Of a stretch of 64,000 bases of DNA, positions 36,650 to 48,100 are shown piece after piece (the first letter of the stretch is position 1; the number at the start of each line of letters is the position of its first letter). The notes beneath the pieces were generated by a model. That model saw only the letters and a program-made list of their open reading frames with translations. It searched no databases and had not been told where the DNA came from. The DNA comes from Raillietiella orientalis. Its lineage: Eukaryota. The stretch covers positions 5,828,001 to 5,892,000 of the forward strand of contig JAYWIR010000005.1 of assembly GCA_036172245.1 (NCBI GenBank), in the 5' to 3' direction. The position numbers and the translations under genes are program-made.

Positions 36650-37900
36650 TCTACGGGAGTCACTAGAAGAATACTCCACTCCTGCTGGAGGGCGCCACTG
36701 CAACTTTTGGTACGAGTGGAAGGTGGAATCCACGTCGATGACCGAGGTGACCAAAACCCCCCCTTTCCCAACCCGGCATGAGAATGCAGTCTTTCGGGGC
36801 CATCAGCTTGCCCGGAATCGGCACACCGCGCGCTGTTGGCAGGTGCATTCTCATAAGATCCTGAAGCAGCCTCCTCGGCGCATCAAGACCAGCATCCAAA
36901 GTCACATCCGCCAGGAGGAAAACGCGGAAGCACTCGCTTCCTGCTCTCTCACCACGAAGCGCATGTTTAACTTCCAGCTCCGCCGATAGAGGAGCCATCG
37001 AATCCGGCATCCCGTGTAAGTACTTCCGCTGCGAAGTGAGCAAATAATAGAAGCTGCCAGAACGGAGCGCGGGTGAACGCATAAACCTCCCGGAAGCCCT
37101 GAAGCGTTCTGTGCGGGCCATGAAGACAGACTCTGGAATGAGGTGATGGTAGCAGTCTCACTCGGCGATCGAACACGCGTGCGGCATGTCGGCATGCAGC
37201 CGCGTCATTCGGCAGGCAAGTTGCACGCCAAAGACCGTGACATTGCCCTCCCTCAGGGAGCACTTGCGGGGGAACCAGCTGGTCAGATGGGAGGTCCTAT
37301 GCGATATCGGTGGAAGTGCGAAGGAATTAGGTGGTTGGACCACGGGCTAGCTCACGGACGCTGCAACCTCAAGTGCTCTACCGAAAGGACTATTGCGCTA
37401 GGGTGAGCTGCTAGGAATCCTCTAGGAACCCTTCGAGTGGCGTCCAGCACTGAAGAACAACCAAGCCCTCCCCCTGAAGTGGCAGGAGTTGGCACTTCTG
37501 CTGTTGCACTGGGGTCTCCCGTGCAACACCCGCCGGTCTCACTGGACACGGGGAGCTGTGGATCCGAACTGTTGCAGGTGAGGGAAACGGGAATCCTTCC
37601 CGCACTGCTTGTATACCGTGTTGCCCTCCGGCCCCTGTGATTGCGTTAAGCAACGGTCTTTAGCCCACCGACGGACAATCCCAGGGACGTGACGAAACTC
37701 CTCTTCGTGAGCGATGCCCTTTTGCCTACCGCATCCCCAGAAGCTCTTTGCTGCCTACATGGGATTATGGCGGCCTGGAGCCACACGAGAAGAGGATGGC
37801 ACAATAAGGACGCCATCTGCTTTGCCCTGCACTTCCTGCGGACGGCAGCAAGATGACCCCACTTGGGGCATACTCGGATGGAAATTGCCGGCATCCTGCA
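36650..37900 (-). mobile_element. Degenerate L1/Tx1-like LINE reverse-transcriptase relic
   Basis: Colinear RT motifs over frameshifts: PAISIR...LLVWLQAAIIPCRQQ, TRRVPRGFLAAHPSAIVLSVEHLRL (RGVRQGCPLSP.LF.L..EPL), RSWKLNMRFVVR (WK.R.LS..GR), CILMPGWERGGFG (L..P...GGLG). Confidence 0.55.
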
Positions 37901-40221
37901 AAGGATGCAGAGAACGCCCTCCAGCGGACAGCGATCCCTTCTCGAACCCTACCAATTTTTTTTGTATATGTTTTTTTGTTTTATTTTTCTTTTTGTTTGC
38001 CACTCTCCCCCCGCTGCCGAGACGAACCTCGCCGTCCTGCATGCCGGTTACTTGGCAGGCTCCCAGCATTTTCGGACAATGTTGGGTAGATGGCCCTACA
38101 CGTTTGTTTATTATTTTTTATAATAAACGTCCCGGCGTGACCGAGTGATAAACCAAAGACCGCGGTTGGGAGTCGGCGGAAATCGGCGTGGTGTGGCATC
38201 TTCCGTGCACTCTGCAAAAACAGAACCGTGGGCGCCAACCTTGCACACCCCTTGTAGAAGTTTCCATGGAGGGAATGAAGAGGGGGAGGGCCGAGATATG
38301 GAAGATCACAGGGAATTCCCGACTCCAAGCAAGGTAGACGTGGCCTTGCGACGAACTGGAGCACCTGGTGCTTGGGAAGGAGGAAGAGCGAACGCGTCTC
38401 GGACGAGAACCCAGGTCGATTCGCCTCCTCCGCCGTGGGAACGGCATTTCTCCGGGTGCGTGCAGGCAAGTCCCGAAACACCTGTGGAAAGGAATGTTTT
38501 CCACGCATCTCCAGGTCTGAGCGGGCGGGAAAGGACGTAGCGGAACGGTGCGATGGAAGAGACCCGAGGAAGCACGCGCACCGTGACTTTCGGAGAAGTC
38601 GAAAGATTTCCGCCGCTGCCGATCTTTCGGAATCCACGCAGGCGCACGTCGCCTATTCGTTCGGCGCGAAAATGAGACTCCAGACTGGACATCACTCGAG
38701 CGGGATGAAGGAGACAGTCGAGGGCACCGCCTCGAAAACGAGCCGCTGGGATGAGGTCCATGCCGAACGAGGGGAAAAGAAAGAAAGAGAACGATTCCAA
38801 GATGTGTGTGGAGGGAAAGGGAGGGATGAGGGAAGCTGGATGGAGAGGACGACGCATTGCATCTTTGCGGAAGCAAGTACGGGATGTTCCGGCAGTGGAG
38901 AAACAGCTCACCAGAGCACGCCTCCGTCTGGTGCTTGGTCGACTGCTTCTCCCTTCCTTTCGACTCACGGGTCACGGGGGCCGGGGACGCTCTCGCGCTC
39001 CGATCTACCGGTCAAGGTGCCCGCATAGAATGATGCACCGAGAATCGCCTCTGGATCTTTGCAGTTCCTGAGGGTCGATTTCCGCCGCTCACGCACCTTC
39101 ACGATTGGCCATAAGCGGTATGGAAGCTCCAGATTGTCTCCAAGGCGCCTTCTCCTGCTGCATGCAAGGGTGATACCCGTGTACCCGTGATCGATTCCTG
39201 AGAAATGCTCCCGCTTCGTTCCTGAGGCGATTTGCCAAATGCCACGTCGCTGTTTTGTCTCTCGACCTGTGTGAGCAGCGGTGATCTCCCACCGCACCTC
39301 TTTCAGTTAGTCAGAGATGCCTCGTTCAGATCCATCTCTGCATCCGGGATAAGCAGGCAGAAACTGATTAGATCACTTGGTCATCTGCTTATCCTGCATG
39401 ATGAACAGGTGACCGGGTGTCCATGCAACTCAGATTGCATAGGTCTGACTGATTGCTCGATGAATTGGACGCTTTTCGAATTCTCCGCCGTCGACGGTTT
39501 CTTTCTTTCTCCCTTCATTTTTCCGGACGGAGGGGAGGGAATCGGCCACAGTCCGTACTCTTCATCGCCATCTCCCTCTCGATCCCATCCTTGATTCATC
39601 CAGCGCCTGAAATGCGTTGACCGCTCTGCGACCCGCAGCCGCCATTCAGTGAGGCTGTGGTCTTTCCAGCAATCTCCGATGGAAGATGCGGTAGTTGGTA
39701 GCTGCGGTGTGATCTGCATGGAACCTGTTCCCCTCCCTCTCCTCCTTTGCGAGCCCACGGCTGCCGTGGCCGTGTGGGCAGAGGCGGCGGGCCTTCGAGG
39801 TGGAGTGGAGCTTCGGGCAGTTTTGAGGGAAAAGAGATCCATGCGCTGTCCAGATGCCCGCTGGTCAATTCCGCAGCCGCAATCCCATCCCATTCTCAGC
39901 AAAGAGCATGAACTCACCACTGGCTTTGCTTGCGTGAACCTTCTGTCGCCCTCTGGAATCCTGCAAAAGTCGCACGGGAGAAAGTTGCTCGGAGAAAGGG
40001 GGAAAGACGTCCTTGCAGTACCTGAGCGCGTAGCTTCCCCTTCCGGTAGCCTGATCACCCGACGCACGGAAGAGAAAGTCGAGCTTCCAGTGAAAGATCG
40101 CATTCTCATCTAGAGGGTCTTTTTTTTTTACGTGTCGTCCAGACAGGAGGAAGGGGGAAAGGGCGCACGGTAAGAGGGCAGAGGATTCAGAGACAGGTGT
40201 CAACTATTCCCGAGCATGAGG

Positions 40222-40330
40222 CGGAGATCCTTTTCCGGAGATCACCGGGAATGAACGTAGCTGTTCCCTCTGCGTGTGCTTGGGACCCTGCGCTCCGCTG
40301 TCAGCATGCCCCGGGAGGAGAAGGAAGAGG
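40222..40330 (+). repeat. Short dispersed repeat family 2, copy 1
   Basis: agatccttttccggagatcaccgggaatgaacgtagctgttccctctgcgtgtgct...gcatgccccgggaggagaagg, similar to 41792-41900. Confidence 0.85.
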
Positions 40331-40419
40331 AATCGATACGATGGAAATCCTTCTTCGCTTTCAGCTTTTTTTGGGGGGGTTCGTTGAGTACTTCAAGAAC
40401 CAACGGCCCACGCAGCTCT

Positions 40420-40985
40420 TTGAGACTGTTCCCCACCCCACCCGAGGAAACGTGTGTTAATTTTTCAAGATACCGGGGAGGGACTGCCTCTCAGGCGTGG
40501 GGAGGCATCCCCGAAGGAAACTTCGCAATCCTGGTTGTCTCCGACGGGAACCCGGAAGAGATTCCTCCCCTTCTTTACTCCCTCCGGAGGTACCCCGAAG
40601 GGGTCCGCTCCATGTTTTCTTCTCCGAAGGGAACCCGCAAGGAACCGTTCCTGTTTACTCCTCTGAAGAGAACCCCGAAGGGACGCTTCCGAAATTCAGA
40701 AGGGCACTCTCCCCGAAGAAAGCGGCACGTTTCTCTGGAACTCTAGAGACATGGCGACATACCTACTCTATGGAGGGTCCCTCCCCAAAGGGAGTCCGCT
40801 TCTATGCACAACCGGAAGGGAACTTCCACTCCTTGATTGCTGGAAGGGACCCGGAGGTCGACTTCCATCGTTTGGGACCTCGTCGGGGGCATAAGTTTTA
40901 ACCTCTACTGGGCACCGCCCCCGGAAGTAGGCCGAGCAGCGTTATTCCGCGGGTCTCCGACTCGAACCCACGACTCGCACAAACT
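40420..40985 (-). mobile_element. SINE-like dispersed repeat, copy B
   Basis: Reverse strand has B-box-like gtgggttcgagtc (~40960-40972), the ggttccttgcgggttcccttcggagaagaaa subrepeats, and the tatcttgaa.a.ttaa...ctcgggtgg 3' end. Confidence 0.75.
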
Positions 40986-41791
40986 CTTTGCGTCGATTCT
41001 TGCCGAGTATTCGAACCCACAACGGCAGGTGCCACACGCGGAGACCACCATAACCACATGGCCTCCTACGCGGGCCACTGGGAGCGACAACGGCTGGTGC
41101 GGCAGCGAAACCCGGCAGCAGGAAAACGCTCCGGGCATGAAGAACGGTTCGAGGTGCACGAAGGTCTGCGCGATGCATTCCAGGGGACTCAACGATACTC
41201 CTGTTCCCCTTGTCTGAGGACTTCCTTTCCCTACTAGGGAACTGCTGCGAGGAAGATCGGAACAGAAAGGATGCCATCGACCGCTCGCTGCCTCACCCGA
41301 GGTCCAAGGCGCCGGGAAGAATGCGCCTGAGAAGGGGAATATCTAGAAGGCAGGAGGCAGATAGGTTCAGCACTTGAAGCACCTCACAGTGGCAGGAACA
41401 CATCTTTTCGGGAATCAAGAATCCCGTGGACTCATGGTCCCGCCTGGCTGCTGTCCCGAACACATGGGGAAGAATATGGAACAAGGACGGGAACAGTCTC
41501 TACGGATCTTCGGACGACTCCGGAGCCGTGCAGAAACGTTCAGGGGGTCGCCTCCGCTCCAGGCGGAATTTCCAGTCTCCCAGTGGAGGAGCTCGACTCA
41601 ACTTTCTCTTCGGTGCTTCGGTTGCCTCGCAACGAGGAACGGAGGCAAAGCTTCTCCCGAACCACCACAAAGGCCTGGACGCCAAAAGGCGCCCTCGAGG
41701 ATTCGCGACCCCCAAATGCTTAGAGTCCCCTCTGCCTACTCGCGTATGTGTGGGTGGGTGCGTTCGTTCTGTTTGCGGCAGCCGGGGAGGG

Positions 41792-41900
41792 GGCAGATCC
41801 TTTCCAGAGATCACCGGGAATGAACGTCGCTGTTCCGCCCGCGTGTGCTCGGAATCCCACTTTCCCCGTCGGCATGTCCCGGGAGGAGGAGGGAGAAGAG
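41792..41900 (+). repeat. Short dispersed repeat family 2, copy 2
   Basis: agatcctttccagagatcaccgggaatgaacgtcgctgttccgcccgcgtgtgct...gcatgtcccgggaggaggagg. Confidence 0.85.
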
Positions 41901-44900
41901 GAGGCCGGGAGTGACAACGGCACGGGAGCCCTTTCCTCCCTACGTCACCTTGCATCACGGCTGGAAGCTGCCCAGGTAAGGGGAACCGAGACGGGATGCC
42001 CCAGGATGCACCAATTCATTGACTAATCAGTCAATCAGGAGAAAGGCAAGGGAGGGGCAAAGGCCGGAAAGGTTCCGGAACACTTTCTTCCTGGAGCTCG
42101 CATCTTCAGAAAAGTAGACCGAGTCCGTGGAATGCGCCACGTCCAGCTCCAGGTTCGTGGAGTCTCCGCCCTCCAACCGTTTATCTTAGAAGGTTGCATC
42201 TGAGGTTATCGCGTGTCTTTTTTTTTTTTATCGCTTCGCGTGCAGATGATGGGGCGCTTATCGCTTGCTAAGGTTCGCTCTGGAGCTCTTCGACCTGGAA
42301 GGAAAGAAGAATGCACGGGATCGGGGCTCCAGATAGCGAGCATCACTGGGCCTATCTTCTCTTTCATGTGCTCGGGATCGTCGATCAAGCTCTAAGAGGG
42401 TCGGCGGTCAGGAACCTTCAACGTGAGAGGTGAAGGACAGTCTCCCTGGCTGCCAGGGAGCGTGACACGTGCCCCGTGCTCGGGACGCCACTCTCGGCCT
42501 GCTCTTCCTGACACCCCTCGCTGCAGATCCGCCTCTGGAAGACGATGCCAAAAGCAGGGGGTAGAGGGGAAATCACCGGAGGCTGCGGCCTTTGGACAGA
42601 GCGTGCTCGCTTCCAGCACATCCGCCGTTGCCGTGGGGATGAATGGAATCCGGGGGAAACTATGTAGTTACTTTCACGGCAGGGATCCATGTACAACCCG
42701 TTGATGCGATGGAGATTCTTATAGCTCTTCCATCACTTCGCGCTCTCCGTGAGACCTCTCTAAGAGGACCGCTCCTGAAGGTGCTAAACGGAGCCATGTA
42801 CCTCTCTCTCCCTCATCCTTGGAGACCTCTGACCTTGAAAGGCTGGGGCTAAAAGTTTCGGTCCCGGTATGGGAATGGAAAACTTCAGCGGCATCCGCTG
42901 ATGTCCCCTTCGATTCCATGAGGCCGGGTCGAGGACTCCAAATGCGATCGTTCAGAGAGCCACAAGCTTCGCAGTTCTGCAAGAGCGTAACCTTCTGGTG
43001 AAAAAGTCGGTCAAAAAGATGCTGCACTGATTCGATTTGTGCTGGCGCAACTCTTGAAGTGGGCACCTGTCAGGTGTTCGACTACGCGAGGGCTGCAGAA
43101 CCTGTGGTGCCATCGTTCGAGTAGCGGAACAGACTCTACGATAAAGATCCCCACTTCTCCATCCGCACGAGGGGGGAGAGGTCTTCGCTGCAGGTCTATT
43201 CGGCACCTACTCCACTAATGCAGAGATTCGACCAGGACCAGATGACACTGCTCCTGGCAAAACATATCCAGCATTCTCTATGATGCCAAGGGGCGGGAAA
43301 AAACACATCACTGGCACTTAGGACAAGAGAACTCATCTTCTGCGCTTGACCCCCAGCGTGTGCAGTTTCCTGGTCTTGGACATGAAACGTGGGAACTCCA
43401 GGAAGGACGAAGGAGACCCTGCAGAAGTGCTAATGCGCTTGGTGACCACGCCTACAAACAGGGAAGTTTTTTGCAGCTGAATTTCGACGAGTGCTCGGGA
43501 GACGAATGATGCAATCGAAGCTTACCCCTCCCCACCCCGCCCCAAGTCTAGAGAACTAGGAATTTTCTAATGACCGGAGCAGTAAAGTTGGGCGCATCCT
43601 CAGAGTCTTTTAATCATGCATTTCAAGCAGTACCCTCCCACCCTGATCACGATTTGGACGAGTGACCGTGATGTCAGACTAAGAAAGATAGGGAAATACC
43701 GGTCCATTATTGAAGGCTACTCGATGAACTGGATTAATAATAATTGTATCAAATTGATAATCAGCTTCGAGAATCGTTGCTCAGCGAAGACGCCATCAAG
43801 CTTCGACTTTTAATCAGCCGAAATTTGATAGGACCATTTCCATCATGGGTCACCTTCGATTTGCATTTTATCGGCGGTATCGGTGGAAATTAAGCATTCG
43901 TAACCAGTCTGGAATCAGCGTTTTGAAACAGATTAGCTTTCCAAAAGGCAAGATTTGGCTCGTTTGGAACGTGTCGAAGGGAAGATGGGGACTACAGACT
44001 CTGGAAAGCTCCGTGGAATGGGGGCGGCATGCGCACTTCTGCCAAGGGAGCCCAAGTCCGGGTCACAGTCCCTTCTCACAACGTTAATTCCCCGTTTGCA
44101 GTGTCCCTAACTTTCGTGCAGCGGACTGCGGGCATCGGCAACCCTCAGAACGATACTCTTCCACGAGAGCGCCGAAGTTTCCGCCTCCCTGAAAACCGGC
44201 CTCTCTTCCTGGTTACATTCCTCCTCACGAAGTGCCTGTGTTATCAGTCAGCAGCTCGTCCTCTCTCCGCGTCCACGGGAAGGTTATCCATTCCTCTGGT
44301 CTTCCCATGTTGCCACCCAGTAATTACCGATCAATGGACAAAAAGTCGATGATTCATTGGTTATTATTATATGCTAATTGCAAAATAGGCGCATGGAGTT
44401 TATTGATTATCAAGTTGCAAACTGCGCGCATCCTTGTCGTCGCTGGTTGCGCATTCGGATGATTGGAAACAGTGCTTTATTATCCCGCACCACTGCTCCG
44501 GACGACATCCCCTCGTGTGGGATACACGGACTTCGAGGATCCGGAATTGAGCCGATTTCAGCGTATGTACAGTAGTTGAGTGTAGTTCAACAGAACAGCT
44601 GCTTGTCCGATTAGAGAGCATCCCGCAGAATAAGTCCTGAACCAGCAGATGAAAAGCAAACAGATGCAACAGCTCGTAATGAGGATGCTTTCGCCAAGTA
44701 ACGCGCAGGCAAAGTTGCCTAATTTACACATCGGAACCATCCCATAAGTCAAAACAGTCGAGTAGGAAGAAATCTGATTTTTATGGGTGGAGCACGCCGG
44801 ATGTTTTTGTTCCAGTCTTCTAGTTTTTGGCTCAGGCACGCGATTGCTCCTCGTCTCTGAGCCCCTGTTTACTTGATGATGCCCCTTCAACTGGTTCTCA

Positions 44901-44993
44901 TGAGATTCGAAACGGAACAAAACGACACAAAGAATGCAAGCACACGGGAGAGAAGGTCCCGAGGTGTGCCTCAGAGCACGGACGTCAGCGTGT

Positions 44994-45143
44994 TCATTCG
45001 ATGCTCCTAAAGTACGTTTCATCGGCCTTGATCAAATAGACTGGCCAATAGAAGACGTTGAAGAGCAGGAATAGGAGCGGGAACAAAATCCTGCAGACGG
45101 CATCGACTGCGTTCTTGTCTGGCAGCTCTTCTTGGCTCTCATC
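44994..45143 (-). CDS. Cys-loop channel terminal exon (M4)
   Basis: tttcag acceptor; VDAVCRILFPLLFLLFNVFYWPVYL, then stop. Confidence 0.9.
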   Translation of the reverse strand, partial: DESQEELPDKNAVDAVCRILFPLLFLLFNVFYWPVYLIKADETYFRSIE

Positions 45144-48100
45144 CTGAAACGAAGGATCGGTAAGCAAGCAACGGATCACTCCAACGATCCACGGTTTCCC
45201 CTTTTGGTTGCTGCGCTTCCAACCAGGAAACAGAAAACAGGGGCGAGCAGTCTGCCTAGTCGCAGGCACACGAATACGCAAGTGGTAAGCACATTCATGG
45301 AAGGAACAAAAGAAAATAAGTTTTTTTTTTTTTTTTTTTTTTTGCGAGAACGTGCGAATGAATGCAGCACGCTTAAACCCAGGGCAATCTGCGTTGTTTT
45401 TCAGGAAGACGCATTAGGTGATCATGGAAGTATGGAGCGAACTGATTCAGGAAACGCATTCTTCCGGGTTTGATTAAGGTTCGGCGATACTTCTTTTGCA
45501 TCTTTTTGCGTGGGAAATCGACAACACGCGGCCGTAACCATCAATCAATCTCCTCTCCCTCCCCGGTTTGAGCACTGAGATATTGCAGTTCTATTGATCC
45601 ACAGCAAAACGGGAATTTGCCACCCTGCTTGCAGCAAGAGGCAGCTCAGAGGTAGAGAGACCTTTGCTACATCCACGATCCTGGAAAAATTCAGGCAGAT
45701 CTCTCGTCGTAAGGTAGCGGCAGGCTGAGTATCATCCGAGTGCTTGCATCGACTTCCCTTTGAAATCATCGTGGGGCAAACTGAAGTTATCATCCCGTCG
45801 GGATTTATCTTCCCAGGACAGTAGACTCCGTAACTCACATGTCACATCACTCAACAGGATGGATTGCAGGAGCTCAGCTTGGCAGTCGACTCATTGGTGA
45901 TTTGCCCGTGTTTGGATCAAAGTGCTTAATTGAGTATCCGAGTCGTTTAGCACGCACTAAACCCCGAATCCTCCTAGGCAATTAGAAGGAATTTCATCAA
46001 TCTTGAATTAGCTTCATCTTCGAAGGTTCAATCGATATTCCAATCAACTGGCAGCAGCGATTGCATCTGCTGGGACCTTTCTTGTTTCCAAGTACAGGCG
46101 TTTCTTTGCTGCACACGGGATACGTAACGACGAGGTAAGCATTTAAAATCAGGATTTTGAAATCCTCAAGGTAGGACGAAAAGATCCTTTGCTTCTTCCA
46201 GGACGAAGCGGTGGAAGGAAAAACTTGCATGAAAAGTTTGGGAATTTGATCGGGCTTAGAGAATGAGCATGGAGCATTCGCAGGATGAAAAGTAGAAGCC
46301 GGAAAGATTGGACCATCCGATTCTGTCAAACATCTTCGGGTTCATAATGAGCTTTCCGTCGATCCGGCGCTGTCGTCACACTTGAGGACTCAGGCGGCCA
46401 GACAAAGGTCGTACCACCCTTGTCAGATTCGATTTCGTGCTTTTCAGGCAAAAAGGACTGCGTTCCCAGATGGTGAGGAAGTTCAAGGTCACAAAGACTA
46501 ATCGAGTTCTACAATAGATGTTATTACAGGTATTGGATCCACTTGACTTCACTTTGTACAATTTAGATGTTCTCGTCTATTTTGAAGTCACCTCCCGTAG
46601 CCTTGCCAGAGGCTTTTTTGAAATGAATGAAACGCACTCGACTTGATGAAGCCCGTGAGCGACCTTCGGCATCTTGCACTCATGTTCGCAGCCTCACTGG
46701 AAAACACTTCCCAGAGTCCCTTATTTGTCTGGCAGAATACGAGACACCGTTGTTTTCTCAAAAACAACGAATTTTGCGTGACTGTGAAATGGTTTTAGCA
46801 ACAAGCCACATTGGCTACCTCTTAGCCGATGTGAAAAATGCTATCTGCTGCTTCGGTCTCATCCCTTCCACTCGAACTTTCACATGGTTACCTTCGGGGG
46901 GTAAACACATGATCTTCACAGTGAGTAAGCGTTGCGCCTGGTTATCCACTAAACGTTTCGCGTCAAAGGTGGATTGGGCAAATCAAGCGGAACTTTCAAC
47001 ACACACTTTTCTTTTCCCGTTTGCATCCCTTTGGTGTCCTTGGATTTAGATGTTTCCTCAGTGGCTAGACACAGGCTTGCTTCGCTTCGCCACCTCCTGG
47101 AACTTTTGCAGACCGAACATCGCTGTGACACCTGAACCTCCCGATCAGCCAAAAGTTCGGAAAAATTGTTCCTCTTTCATGGATGGGAACCAAGCCCGTA
47201 CCTAACCACGGAAGGAACATCTGCCGAACGAGCAAAGTAAGACCGCAAACGTCACGTCGGGAGAAATGAAATCAAGGAATTCTTCCTATCTCCGGCATTC
47301 GAAACGCTTGGCTCGCACGTTTATCCAGAATCCACTCACATTCTTCGCTATAGCGTGGTCACGGTTTAGGTGGACCGTCATCGCAATATTTCAAGAAAGA
47401 AACTTCCACTATCAATCACGCAAGATACCCGAAGTGTCCTCTTATCCTAATGATGACTGCTTTCGACTGCCAACCCAAGAAAGTATCCAGGCAACGCAGA
47501 GCTCTTATCGATCAAACGGGACCGACAAGGCGGGCTCTAGAAGATACCTTTTTTGGGGGAGGGCAGCACATGAGTGGACGAAGACCCAGAGACGAAATTC
47601 GTGGACATCTTCCATCGAACAATTCAGCCACCACAAACTCGATCGCGGAGGCGAACACAAACAGTATGCACACCACGATCCACACGTCCATGGCCTGGAG
47701 AAGGAAAAAAAAAAAAAAAAATCGAACCGCTCGACGCCGCGTTATCGATACTTTGAGGTAAGAAACTGGAGGCACGTTCATTATGCCGGCTAAGCCGAAA
47801 AACAGAATGGTCAGCAGAGTGGTCGTTCCCAAAAGCAAGCGGGTCATCATGTTGTTGTGACTGATCCACAAGGAAATCCAGCTGCACATCACAACTATGG
47901 TTGTCGGTAGGTATACGAAGATGATGCAATAGATGCTGTGGCGGTGCATGACGAATCTGATCTCTAGGCAGCTGTAGTTTCCTAAGCATCACGGAGCTGA
48001 GCACGGGAGCGAATCGGAAGAACCTGTCACCTACCTGTCTCGTAACTTTCGATGCATTTCGCGGGGTTGGGCTGTGCCTCCACTAGGTAGAATTCTGGAA

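Noticed and set aside
37981..40113. Cluster of 200-285 aa overlapping ORFs
   Set aside because: Open on multiple frames because of GC content, low-complexity Arg/Ser/Pro composition, and no domain signature.
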